Both the position numbers and the translations under genes were made by a program. Under the pieces are notes generated by a model. It did not search any database, was not told the origin of the DNA, and saw only the letters and a list, made by a program, of their open reading frames with translations. A stretch of 64,000 bases of DNA from Acidimicrobiales bacterium (lineage in GTDB: Bacteria; Actinomycetota; Acidimicrobiia; Acidimicrobiales; SZUA-35). Shown here piece after piece: positions 1 through 8,793 of the stretch. The stretch is from positions 111,566 to 175,565 of the forward strand of contig JAHDCC010000001.1 of assembly GCA_020630065.1 (NCBI GenBank), in the 5' to 3' direction. Each line of letters begins with the position of its first letter. The first letter of the stretch is position 1.

Positions 1-651
1 TCCGATGACGAGAAGGCCGCTCTTATCGACCGATTCGAGGCTAAAGCTGGCGACCTTCTCTTGATTGTCGCCGACGATTGGTTGACGACTTGTGAAGTTC
101 TCGGCGAGGTCAGAAACAAACTAGGACGGCCAGCGGTCAGTAACGATCGACTGGAATACCTCTGGGTCGTGGATTTCCCTCTCTTTGTCGGTAAAGACAA
201 GAGCACGGGTCTGCCTCGCCCCGGCCACCACCCATTTTGCCATCCTCACCCAGCCGACGTCGACAAACTTGAGACCGACCCAACTTCGGTTCGCGCTTGG
301 GCCTACGATTTGGTTCTCAACGGTTGGGAACTTGGGTCCGGAAGTATCCGAATTCATGACCCGGCGATGCAGCGCAAAGTGTTCAGCGTTTTAGGTATCG
401 ACGACGAAGAAGCTCAAAAACGGTTTGGATTCTTCTTGACTCCGTTTAACTATGGGGCTCCTCCGCACGGTGGGTTTGCGTACGGAATCGATCGTCTCGT
501 GGCTATTTTGGCTGGTGAGGAAAATATTCGTGAAGTAATCGCATTCCCTAAGCCTCAATCTGGTTCCGACCCGATGACCGGATCTCCAACCGAGATTGAC
601 GAAGCTCAGCTTGTAGAGCTTGGTCTGAAGGTTCTGCCACCTCTCGACTAA
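1..651 (+). CDS. aspS: Aspartyl-tRNA synthetase, C-terminal part (5' end lies outside the window)
   Basis: Frame 1 is open from base 1. It carries class II aaRS C-terminal motifs (WVVDFPLF, GGSIRIH-like GSGSIRIHD, PPHGGFAYGIDRLV, IAFPK). Confidence 0.9.
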   Translation, partial: SDDEKAALIDRFEAKAGDLLLIVADDWLTTCEVLGEVRNKLGRPAVSNDRLEYLWVVDFPLFVGKDKSTGLPRPGHHPFCHPHPADVDKLETDPTSVRAWAYDLVLNGWELGSGSIRIHDPAMQRKVFSVLGIDDEEAQKRFGFFLTPFNYGAPPHGGFAYGIDRLVAILAGEENIREVIAFPKPQSGSDPMTGSPTEIDEAQLVELGLKVLPPLD

Positions 652-735
652 CGACATCGTTGATAAGTCAGCTAGCTCAGATTAATACTGGGCTACATTG
701 GCTATCATACGATCTACTGGGAGGTCACACCGACT

Positions 736-855
736 ATGAACATCGATATTTGGGACGGTGTACTAGCAGCAGTTTCGGCGTTGTTGTCGTCCTTCGCTGT
801 TTACTGGATCGCCAACAGGTACACGAGACTTAACAAAGAACGGCTAGAGCGATGA
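736..855 (+). CDS. Small 39-aa single-pass membrane protein (below the ORF-track cutoff)
   Basis: ATG at 736 is preceded by GGGAGG (719-724). The product MNIDIWDGVLAAVSALLSSFAVYWIANRYTRLNKERLER has one hydrophobic helix and a basic tail. Its TGA stop overlaps the next ATG (ATGA at 852-855). Confidence 0.45.
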   Translation: MNIDIWDGVLAAVSALLSSFAVYWIANRYTRLNKERLER

Positions 856-1277
856 CAATCGCGGAATTTGCTGCTGTGATAGTGGCTATAGCGGTTGTTG
901 TGGCCGCAGTTTTCCTTGTCACTGCAGTGAATAACCTTAATAACACGTTGGCGAAATTGGAAGATACCGCCAACCAGCTTCGCGATGAAGGCCTTTCGGC
1001 GTTTAGAGAGCTACGTCAGCTAGTAGCCGACGCCGACGCCGAACTGGATAAGGTCGACATTGTTCTCGACCGTGCCGACCAGGCCACTACTGCGATATCG
1101 GAAACTTCTAGACGCACACACGAAGCGGTTCAAGACCCGATGATTCGTACCCTGGCCGTGGCGTCTGGAACATCAAAAGTCGCCAAGCTTTGGTTGTTCG
1201 GTAAACGCAGGAAACGAGCTACTTCGCCTGAACTGGCAACGCCGAAATCTTCTGTAACGACGGTGGTTTCTAAGTGA
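852..1277 (+). CDS. Membrane-anchored coiled-coil protein, DUF948-like
   Basis: N-terminal TM helix (AAVIVAIAVVVAAVFLV) followed by a helical, charged region. The start overlaps the upstream small ORF and the stop overlaps the next gene. Confidence 0.6.
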   Translation: MTIAEFAAVIVAIAVVVAAVFLVTAVNNLNNTLAKLEDTANQLRDEGLSAFRELRQLVADADAELDKVDIVLDRADQATTAISETSRRTHEAVQDPMIRTLAVASGTSKVAKLWLFGKRRKRATSPELATPKSSVTTVVSK

Positions 1278-1849
1278 AGTACCTTATACGGCGAGTGGTG
1301 TGGATAGCGGCAGCCGCCGGAGTTAGATACGCATTTCGACGGGGCGCAGCTAAAACAGTCGACACGCAACGAGATCGCCTGGCCGAACGATTACCTACAC
1401 CGGTTGTCAACCTCGCTGACCGGATGCCTATGGACCCGCTCAGGGCGGGAAGTTCTGTCATGGTGGCGGGCAAAGCAACTAAGGCAGCCGCCAACGGTTC
1501 CCAACGAGCCACAAAACGGGCCGCCGACGGTCTACGGATAGCCAATCGGGTTCGCCGCCGCCTGTCAGAGGCCAAAGACGGGGTGCGGTCTGACTTTCAA
1601 ACCGAAGTCGTTGATTCGGTTCGTCTTTTACGATCTCAGTACGTGGCCATTACCGAGGGTGAGGACGCCGCGACGGATGCGCTTCTCGACGTGAGAAACG
1701 ACGTTGAGACCCCCGACGACCTACCGGATGTGCCAGATCCTGTATCCAAAGGTCGGCGACGGTGGAAACCGTCGCCACCCGAGCCGAAAACAAATCGGAT
1801 GCAGCGATCGTATCTGCCTCCAATTAAGCCGTGGAACAAACGTCGTTAG
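1274..1849 (+). CDS. Hypothetical basic protein (191 aa)
   Basis: GTGA start/stop overlap with the preceding gene. The N-terminus is hydrophobic and the tail is R/K/P-rich. No family recognised. Confidence 0.5.
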   Translation: MKYLIRRVVWIAAAAGVRYAFRRGAAKTVDTQRDRLAERLPTPVVNLADRMPMDPLRAGSSVMVAGKATKAAANGSQRATKRAADGLRIANRVRRRLSEAKDGVRSDFQTEVVDSVRLLRSQYVAITEGEDAATDALLDVRNDVETPDDLPDVPDPVSKGRRRWKPSPPEPKTNRMQRSYLPPIKPWNKRR

Positions 1850-1962
1850 AACGTTCCTGATCCGTCGATGACGGGGCAGATATCGGTAGATATGTTTAAC
1901 TGTCTTGAGTTTCTCCTATGACCTATCGGGTACCCCCGAAGGACAGATAACGTGGGATCCCT

Positions 1963-4536
1963 ATGAAAGCGAACGAACTGCGTCGAGCATTCACCCAATT
2001 TTTTGTTGAACGGGGCCATACAGATGTGCCGTCAGCCAGCCTCATCCCTCACGACTCGTCGTTGTTGTTTGTACCCGCCGGTATGGTCCCATTCAAGTCG
2101 TACTTTGTCGGCGAACAAAAGCCCCCGTACAGCCGAGCAGTGTCGGTCCAAAAATGTGTACGCGCTGGTGGTAAACACAACGACCTCGACGAGGTCGGTC
2201 GGACAGCCAGACACCTCACGTTCTTCGAGATGCTCGGCAACTTTAGCTTCGGCGACTATTTCAAAGAGCAGGCTATTGTCATGGCCTGGGAATTCGTGAC
2301 TGAGGTTCTACAACTCGATACCGAACGCCTCTGGATCACGGTGCACGAAACCGATGACGAAGCAGCACGAATATGGGAAGAAAAGATCGGGGTTCCAGCC
2401 GAACGGATTCAGCGTCTAGACGAGGATAACTGGTGGCGAATGGCCGATACCGGGCCAAACGGTCCGTGTTCGGAAATCTTTTGGGACAAAGGACCCGCCT
2501 ACGGTGCAGACGGTGGACCCGCCCATGGGGATGAGGATCGTTTCATCGAATTCTGGAATCTCGTTTTCATGCAATTTGAGACTGACGAAGCCGGGGTTAC
2601 CGTTGATCTTCCAAAGCCGTCGATTGATACCGGCGCGGGTTTGGAACGAATCCTTTCGATTCTTCAACAGAAGGACTCGGTCTTTGAAATTGATGAGATG
2701 GCCCGGCTTATCGAAGCCGCTGAGGCAGTAACCGGATACAAGCTAGGTCAAAACGATAATTCCGACCTTGCGTTGCGGGTGCTTGCTGAACATGCACGCA
2801 CGATGACGTTCTTGATCGCCGACGATGTGGTTCCCTCGAACGAAGACCGTGGGTTTGTTTTGCGCCGCATAATGCGGCGTGCGATCAGGTTTGCGTATCT
2901 GCTCGGTGTCGACGAACTCGTGACCCCTAAATTGGTGGACGCGGTCGTGGAGATCATGGCCGATGACTATCCGAAACTAGCTGAAACCCACGAGTCGGTA
3001 CGCCTAGTAGTTTCGAGAGAAGAGACCCAGTTCCGAAAGACGTTGGCGGCAGGAAGCTCGATTCTTGCTAACCACCTGGACTCGGCGGAGTCTGGTAAAC
3101 CCCTCGACGGCGAAGTAGCGTTTTTGCTACACGACACCTACGGTTTCCCGTTCGAAGTGACATCAGAGGTTGCGGCCGAACGAGGCTTCGACGTCGACCG
3201 AGCCGGCTTTGATCGGGCGATGGAAAAGCAGCGAGCGATGTCTAAAGACGCTCGAAAAATTGAACGTCACGCCGACGATTCTTCTGCTGTTGCCGAGCTG
3301 GCGGAGCGTCATGGCGAAACTGTATTTGTCGGACGTGACGAACTCGTCGACGTTCCAGCAAAGGTTCTCTTAGTCACTGCCGAGGGTGATACCGCATCGA
3401 TCTTTGTTGACCGAAGCCCCTTCTATGCCGAATCGGGCGGCCAAATCGGCGATACAGGCTCGATCACAACCGCGACAGGGCGCGCCGAAATACTCGACAC
3501 AAACTATGCCGCCCCGGGTATACACCGCCATATCGCTCGTATCGTAGACGGTGAGATCAACACCGGAGACGACGCAACACTGACGGTCGACACCGGCCGA
3601 CGAGATAATATTCGCCGCCATCATACGGCAACACATTTGCTGCACTGGGCGCTGCGAAATGTCGTGGGCGATCATGTCAAACAACAGGGTTCGTTAGTCG
3701 CCCCGGACCGTCTTCGGTTCGACTTCAGCCACTTCGAACCACTCACCCCGGATCAGATCAACGCTATCGAAGACCAAGTAAACGTCGAAGTTTTGTCGAA
3801 CCCGGCGACCGAGCACCCCGAAGTAACCAAAACCGAAGCAGAAGAGATGGGGGCTATCGCCTTCTTCGGAGACAAGTACGGTGATCTGGTGCGAGTCCTC
3901 CGAGCAGGCCCAACATTGGAGTTCTGCGGAGGTACTCACGTTTCAGCGTTGGGAGATATTGGGCTAATCAAGATCGTGTCGGAGGGATCTGTTGGTTCGA
4001 ACCTTCGACGTATCGAAGCGGTTTGTGGTACCGGCGCCATCGACCTGTTACGCCAAGAACAGCGTACGGTCGAAACTATCGCCGAAAGCCTGCAGGTACC
4101 CAAAGGTGATGCCGCCGATGGCGTCCGCCGTAAGATCGAGGAAGTGGCGGGCCTACACGCCGAAGTTCAGCAACTGCAGGGCCAAGTTGCGGCGTCTAAG
4201 GCCGTCGGTTTAGCCGCGTCAGCGGTCGACGGTGTCGTCATCGCCCGAGTCGACGGAATAGCCCGGGATCAACTAAAAGAACTGACATTGGCAATCCGTG
4301 ACCACGACGGAGTCGACGTTGTAGTTCTAGGTGGAGCTCCCTCCCAAGGGGGAGCAGCGCTAGCGGCTGCCACCACCAAAGAGTCGACCATTACTGCGGG
4401 TGAACTTATTGCCGATGGGGCAAAGGCCATTAAAGGTGGCGGCGGTAAAGGCGACCATTTTGCTATGGCCGGAGGCAAAGACCCAGAAGGACTCGACGAA
4501 GCGCTAAAGCTAGCTACAGTCGCAGCAGGTCTGTAG
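1963..4536 (+). CDS. alaS: Alanyl-tRNA synthetase
   Basis: 857 aa with FFVERGH, KCVRAGGKHNDLDEVG, FFEMLGNFSFGDYFK, the HTATHLLHWALR editing motif and a C-terminal DHHA1-like GGGGKGDHFAMAGG. Confidence 0.97.
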   Translation: MKANELRRAFTQFFVERGHTDVPSASLIPHDSSLLFVPAGMVPFKSYFVGEQKPPYSRAVSVQKCVRAGGKHNDLDEVGRTARHLTFFEMLGNFSFGDYFKEQAIVMAWEFVTEVLQLDTERLWITVHETDDEAARIWEEKIGVPAERIQRLDEDNWWRMADTGPNGPCSEIFWDKGPAYGADGGPAHGDEDRFIEFWNLVFMQFETDEAGVTVDLPKPSIDTGAGLERILSILQQKDSVFEIDEMARLIEAAEAVTGYKLGQNDNSDLALRVLAEHARTMTFLIADDVVPSNEDRGFVLRRIMRRAIRFAYLLGVDELVTPKLVDAVVEIMADDYPKLAETHESVRLVVSREETQFRKTLAAGSSILANHLDSAESGKPLDGEVAFLLHDTYGFPFEVTSEVAAERGFDVDRAGFDRAMEKQRAMSKDARKIERHADDSSAVAELAERHGETVFVGRDELVDVPAKVLLVTAEGDTASIFVDRSPFYAESGGQIGDTGSITTATGRAEILDTNYAAPGIHRHIARIVDGEINTGDDATLTVDTGRRDNIRRHHTATHLLHWALRNVVGDHVKQQGSLVAPDRLRFDFSHFEPLTPDQINAIEDQVNVEVLSNPATEHPEVTKTEAEEMGAIAFFGDKYGDLVRVLRAGPTLEFCGGTHVSALGDIGLIKIVSEGSVGSNLRRIEAVCGTGAIDLLRQEQRTVETIAESLQVPKGDAADGVRRKIEEVAGLHAEVQQLQGQVAASKAVGLAASAVDGVVIARVDGIARDQLKELTLAIRDHDGVDVVVLGGAPSQGGAALAAATTKESTITAGELIADGAKAIKGGGGKGDHFAMAGGKDPEGLDEALKLATVAAGL

Positions 4537-4537
4537 C

Positions 4538-4987
4538 TTGTCAAATTTTCGAGTCATCGGCGTCGACCTAGGCACTAAACGTGTGGGAGTGGCGGTTTGT
4601 GATGCCGGTCAGTTAGTTGCGACTCCGTATGGCATGATAGAGAGGGTCAATAATCGACCAGTCGAACACCAGCAGCTGGCTGAGATTGTTTCTGAAACGG
4701 GGGCCAAATTGATTGTGGTTGGGTTACCTCTCTCACTCGACGGAACTCTCGGGCCAGCGGCAAAAGCGGTTCTAGCAGAGGTGAAATCGATGCGAAAAAA
4801 TATCAACATCGACGTAGATACCCATGACGAGCGAATGACTACAATCGAAGCTGAACGGTCTCAACGGCAGATGAACTTACGATCGAAGAAAAAACGGCAA
4901 ACCATCGATCAGTTAGCGGCCACTATTATTTTGCAGTCTTGGCTCGATTCTGGCGGCAAAAATCGACCAACTACCGAGTCACATTAG
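4538..4987 (+). CDS. ruvX: Holliday junction resolvase-like putative nuclease YqgF/RuvX
   Basis: VIGVDLGTKRVGVAV motif and LIVVGLPLSLDG, in the conserved position after alaS. Confidence 0.9.
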   Translation: MSNFRVIGVDLGTKRVGVAVCDAGQLVATPYGMIERVNNRPVEHQQLAEIVSETGAKLIVVGLPLSLDGTLGPAAKAVLAEVKSMRKNINIDVDTHDERMTTIEAERSQRQMNLRSKKKRQTIDQLAATIILQSWLDSGGKNRPTTESH

Positions 4988-4996
4988 GATAATTCT

Positions 4997-6112
4997 GTGA
5001 GCATGCTTGACAATGAATACCGAGAATACGGTGACGAGTACTACGACGAAGACATGGTCTCGATCCGACCTGAAGGTAACCGGGTCAAAAAAGTACTGAT
5101 TGTCCTCGGCATCTTGTTCGCAATGGGGTTGGTGCTATTTGTAGTTGTTCGAGGCTGGATAAGTTCCCAGCTAGACCCAGCTGGCGAACCGACCGAAGAT
5201 GTTGAGGTGGTAATCGCATCTGGTTCGACTACCAGCGACATTGGGACCCAGCTTGAAGAAATCGAAGTTATCCCAGACTCGTTTTTCTTCCAGTACTACA
5301 CCCGCTGGAAAAACGAAGGAGATTTCCAGGCCGGCGAGTACACGTTCAAAAAGAACATGTCGGCTGAAGAAGCAGTAGCAGTACTTAACGAAGGGCCGCG
5401 TGCGATTGAAGCCGTCACGATCCAAATTCCTGAAGGTCTCTGGGTCAGTGAAATTTTGCCTCTACTGGCAGAACAACTCCCAAACGTTACTGAACAAGAA
5501 CTACAAGATGTTCTTGACTCCGGACAACTAGTCCCGCAGTATCGGCCAGAAGATCAGCAAAGTTGGGAAGGATACTTGTTCCCCAACACCTACGAAGTTC
5601 GGGCTGACGCTACTGCGTTGGAAGTTCTCGGCATGCTGAATAACCAATTCGCTCAGGTGTCCGGCGGGCTTGGGTATGGTTCGATCCGTCCTAACAACCT
5701 AACCCCGTACGAAGTTCTAATCGTCGCATCGTTAGTTGAGTCGGAAGCCAAAACCGACGCAGATCGACCAAAGATCGCCCGAGTGATTTACAACCGGCTC
5801 AACAACAACGAGTGGCTTGGTATCGACGCAACCCTGGTCTACGAAGGTGGCGTGCGGGGGCAAGTTCCTACCTCTGAACAAATTGCAGAGTCGTCTCCGT
5901 ACAACACCCGATCTCCGAACGGTATTCGGACGCTTCCCCCAACGCCGATAGCGGCTCCGGGGAAGGCTTCGATGGAAGCGGCACTCAACCCGGCGGAAGG
6001 TGACTGGTTCTGGTACGTCTTAGCCGATGCCGAAGGTAACCACTTCTTCACGGCTGACGAAGATGAGTTCGAAGCTCAGGTGATCCGTTCCCGAGAAGCA
6101 GGCCTTCTGTAG
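4997..6112 (+). CDS. mltG: Endolytic murein transglycosylase MltG (YceG-like)
   Basis: N-terminal TM helix and a YceG domain with EGYLFPNTYEV, ASLVESEA and SPYNTR motifs. Confidence 0.9.
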   Translation: MSMLDNEYREYGDEYYDEDMVSIRPEGNRVKKVLIVLGILFAMGLVLFVVVRGWISSQLDPAGEPTEDVEVVIASGSTTSDIGTQLEEIEVIPDSFFFQYYTRWKNEGDFQAGEYTFKKNMSAEEAVAVLNEGPRAIEAVTIQIPEGLWVSEILPLLAEQLPNVTEQELQDVLDSGQLVPQYRPEDQQSWEGYLFPNTYEVRADATALEVLGMLNNQFAQVSGGLGYGSIRPNNLTPYEVLIVASLVESEAKTDADRPKIARVIYNRLNNNEWLGIDATLVYEGGVRGQVPTSEQIAESSPYNTRSPNGIRTLPPTPIAAPGKASMEAALNPAEGDWFWYVLADAEGNHFFTADEDEFEAQVIRSREAGLL

Positions 6113-6113
6113 A

Positions 6114-6956
6114 TTGATTACCGGATACACAAGGATTGCAGGAGTCATCGGCGACCCTATACGCCATTCGTTGTCTCCCACAATCTTAAACGCAGCGTTC
6201 ACGGCTTCTCAGCTGGATTGGCGTTACCTAGCCTTTCCCGTGAAGGACGGCGACGCATCTAAAGCCCTTGACGCTATTCGCACGCTACATATCGAAGGGC
6301 TGTCGGTCACGATGCCGCACAAAGCTGCGGTGGCCGAGGCGTTGGAAAATTTGACGCCGGCGGCTGAAGCTCTTGGCGCAGTCAACTGTGTGTTCCGCAA
6401 AGATGGGGAACTGTGGGGTGACTCCACCGACGGGGACGGGCTGGTCGAAGCTGTCCAAGACCTCCAGGGTGAAGAGGCGTTTGACAACAAACGCGTCGTT
6501 GTCGTCGGAACTGGTGGTGCAGCTAGATCGATTTGTGAAGCGATTGGCCGTCGAAGCACCGCCCGGCTATTCGTTGCCGGACGCGCCCCTGAACGCGTCG
6601 CATCGACGACGCTGCTTGCCGAAGGGGCAACCGCAGTGGGCATCGACCAAATCAGTGATCTCGAAAACATCGAGGTTGTTATCAACGCGACGAGTGTTGG
6701 CATGTCCGGCGGGCCTGACGAGTACGGATCTCCCATTCCATCCGAGTTATTGAACAGCGGCCAAACGGTTATAGACATTGTTTATCAACCCCGGACCACT
6801 CCGCTTCTGGCCGCAGCTAACGAAGCAGGAGCCACCACCATGAATGGGGTCCCAATGTTGGTTCACCAGGCTGCGCTTGGGTTCCAACGGTGGACTAATC
6901 TTTCCCCACCGCTTGAAGCGATGACTCGAGCAGTCGAATCAGAACTCGGTAACTGA
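6114..6956 (+). CDS. aroE: Shikimate 5-dehydrogenase
   Basis: GVIGDPIRHSLSPTILNAAF, SVTMPHK and the GTGGAARS Rossmann motif. Confidence 0.9.
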   Translation: MITGYTRIAGVIGDPIRHSLSPTILNAAFTASQLDWRYLAFPVKDGDASKALDAIRTLHIEGLSVTMPHKAAVAEALENLTPAAEALGAVNCVFRKDGELWGDSTDGDGLVEAVQDLQGEEAFDNKRVVVVGTGGAARSICEAIGRRSTARLFVAGRAPERVASTTLLAEGATAVGIDQISDLENIEVVINATSVGMSGGPDEYGSPIPSELLNSGQTVIDIVYQPRTTPLLAAANEAGATTMNGVPMLVHQAALGFQRWTNLSPPLEAMTRAVESELGN

Positions 6957-7124
6957 TTAAGACGCTGTCAAGTTTGACTTTGGCCTAGATCCACTTTCAG
7001 CCTATCGATTTGGTGTACTGTCAGGTTCGCCGGTCTTCGATGAGATCGGTTCTGTCAAGTTTCGGCTCTCCTGAGTCGATCGAAGTACAACAGACGCAGT
7101 TATTGGTTAGTTGGAAGGTTACTA

Positions 7125-7976
7125 ATGCTCCAAGGTTCACTAGAGGATTTCGCGCTGGAAGAAATCCTCTCCTTATTGGCCGAAACTTCTAAGTCAGGTC
7201 AACTCGACATTAACGGGGATCGGGGAAACGGAGCCCTCACTATTCGTGGCGGCCAACTCGCTGATGCCCGTGCCAGCAAGTGTGATGTCTCTGCTGAGCC
7301 TGAAGATGTCATGTTTGAGCTACTCAGATATTCCGAAGGTTCCTTCGTATTTTCGAATCAGGACCTAGAACTTACGGGTGACGAAAAAAATATTGGAGGA
7401 GTTCTCAGTGTTGCCGAGGGGCGCCTAGCCGACTGGAAAGCCATCGCCGCTGTCGTGCCGTCGTTGCATCATATGGTTGTGCCCTCTGTCGAGCTTCCAA
7501 AGGATGAAGTCACGATCGACCGTTCGGAATGGGCCGTCCTTACCGTGGTAGCTAGCGGATGCAAAACTGAGGTTGTTTGTGACACCTTGGAGCTGGGCGA
7601 AGTCGAAGGATGTCGTAAAATAAAGCATTTGATTGAGCGAGGCTTGTTAGAGCTGCGCGAGCCAGGGTCGACTCCCGCTCCTGAAGTGGTGTTTTCGGAA
7701 GAGAAGAAGCCAAGCGATCCACCTGAAGAATATGCTGCCGACTCCAAGTCGGGGGGAGGCGTTCTTTCGACTCCCGCAGCAGAGCCAGGCGTGAGCGGAG
7801 ATTCACTCGTTGCTTCGTTGCGAGGCGGAACAGCTGAACCTTTAGAGACCACACCGCCAATACCGCCAAGTCCACTTGCCGGAAACGGCTCGGTAGCGAC
7901 AGCTGAGCCCTTGGCTGAGGAGTCCGGTGACGGTGAAGGGCTGCTCATGCGGTACTTGCGGGGCGAAGAAGACTGA
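7125..7976 (+). CDS. DUF4388 (PatA-N-like) domain protein with a P/S/E-rich C-terminal tail
   Basis: The N-terminus MLQGSLEDFALEEILSLLAETSKSGQLDI is typical of DUF4388. The C-terminal third is low complexity. Confidence 0.6.
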   Translation: MLQGSLEDFALEEILSLLAETSKSGQLDINGDRGNGALTIRGGQLADARASKCDVSAEPEDVMFELLRYSEGSFVFSNQDLELTGDEKNIGGVLSVAEGRLADWKAIAAVVPSLHHMVVPSVELPKDEVTIDRSEWAVLTVVASGCKTEVVCDTLELGEVEGCRKIKHLIERGLLELREPGSTPAPEVVFSEEKKPSDPPEEYAADSKSGGGVLSTPAAEPGVSGDSLVASLRGGTAEPLETTPPIPPSPLAGNGSVATAEPLAEESGDGEGLLMRYLRGEED

Positions 7977-7993
7977 TTTTGGTTGTCTAGGCC

Positions 7994-8761
7994 ATGATCT
8001 TATGGGCGCTTGGGTTCTCGGTACTTGGCTTACTATTAGGTCCCTTTTTGGGTATCGCCACCGATCGGCTTATTGATCGAGTAGCCCCTCAACTAGAACT
8101 TCGCTGTTCATCTTGTGGACATGGGCTCGGAATCCGTTCCTTGATCCCGGTATTTCACTGGCGTCAGAAATGTGCCGAATGTGGAAGCGGGCTCGGCGCT
8201 CGCTACGTCTCAGTTGACTTGTTAGCCGTGATTGTGTTCGGACTTCTGGCGGTGAGGTTTGGTGTCTCGTTCAAGCTTGTGCCGTATCTATTTTTGGGCG
8301 CCGTGCTTGTTGTGTTGACAGTAGTTGACTCAGAAACCCATCTGCTTCCGAATATTGTTGTCTGGCCTTCTATCTGGGTGGCGATTCCGACGACACTTAT
8401 TCTTAGCCAGGTCCTCGACGATGCTCGTTTTGCTGCAGCCGTAATGGGTGGCGTTGTGTTCGGGGGATTTATTGGTCTTTCACACATTGCATACGCCCGG
8501 GGGATGGGGCGAGGAGACGTCAAGCTGGCGTTGTTGCTAGGACTGTTTGTCGGCTGGGTTTCGATTGACTTGTTAGACGCCGTTCGACTGGTTCTCTACG
8601 CCATGATTCTTGCCCTTCTCGGCGGAGCCCTTATCGGCCTAGCTTTTAACGCAGTCATGAAGCGGGGGAAAGCCGAAATTCCTTTCGGCCCGGCGCTGGC
8701 AGCCGCCTCGTTGACGATCATTATCACGTCTCAAACGATTCTCAGCGGATTTGGTGGGTAG
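7994..8761 (+). CDS. Prepilin peptidase (A24 family, PilD-like)
   Basis: Two CxxC pairs near the N-terminus (CSSCGH...CAECGS), multiple TM helices, GMGRGDVKL and FGPALA motifs. Confidence 0.8.
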   Translation: MILWALGFSVLGLLLGPFLGIATDRLIDRVAPQLELRCSSCGHGLGIRSLIPVFHWRQKCAECGSGLGARYVSVDLLAVIVFGLLAVRFGVSFKLVPYLFLGAVLVVLTVVDSETHLLPNIVVWPSIWVAIPTTLILSQVLDDARFAAAVMGGVVFGGFIGLSHIAYARGMGRGDVKLALLLGLFVGWVSIDLLDAVRLVLYAMILALLGGALIGLAFNAVMKRGKAEIPFGPALAAASLTIIITSQTILSGFGG

Positions 8762-8793
8762 CAGCCTGAACGTCGTTGATACCATTGTCTGAT

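Noticed and set aside
1850-1962. T-box leader upstream of alaS (58485-58604 upstream of pheS was checked likewise)
   Set aside because: No T-box sequence (…GGGTGGTACCGCG…) and no terminator/antiterminator pair is visible. Only a short GGGTACCCC stretch is present.
6224-6778. 184-aa minus-strand ORF inside aroE
   Set aside because: It is fully antisense to a well-supported gene. The A/S/P/T/R-rich composition is typical of antisense frames in GC-rich coding DNA, and no motif was recognised.
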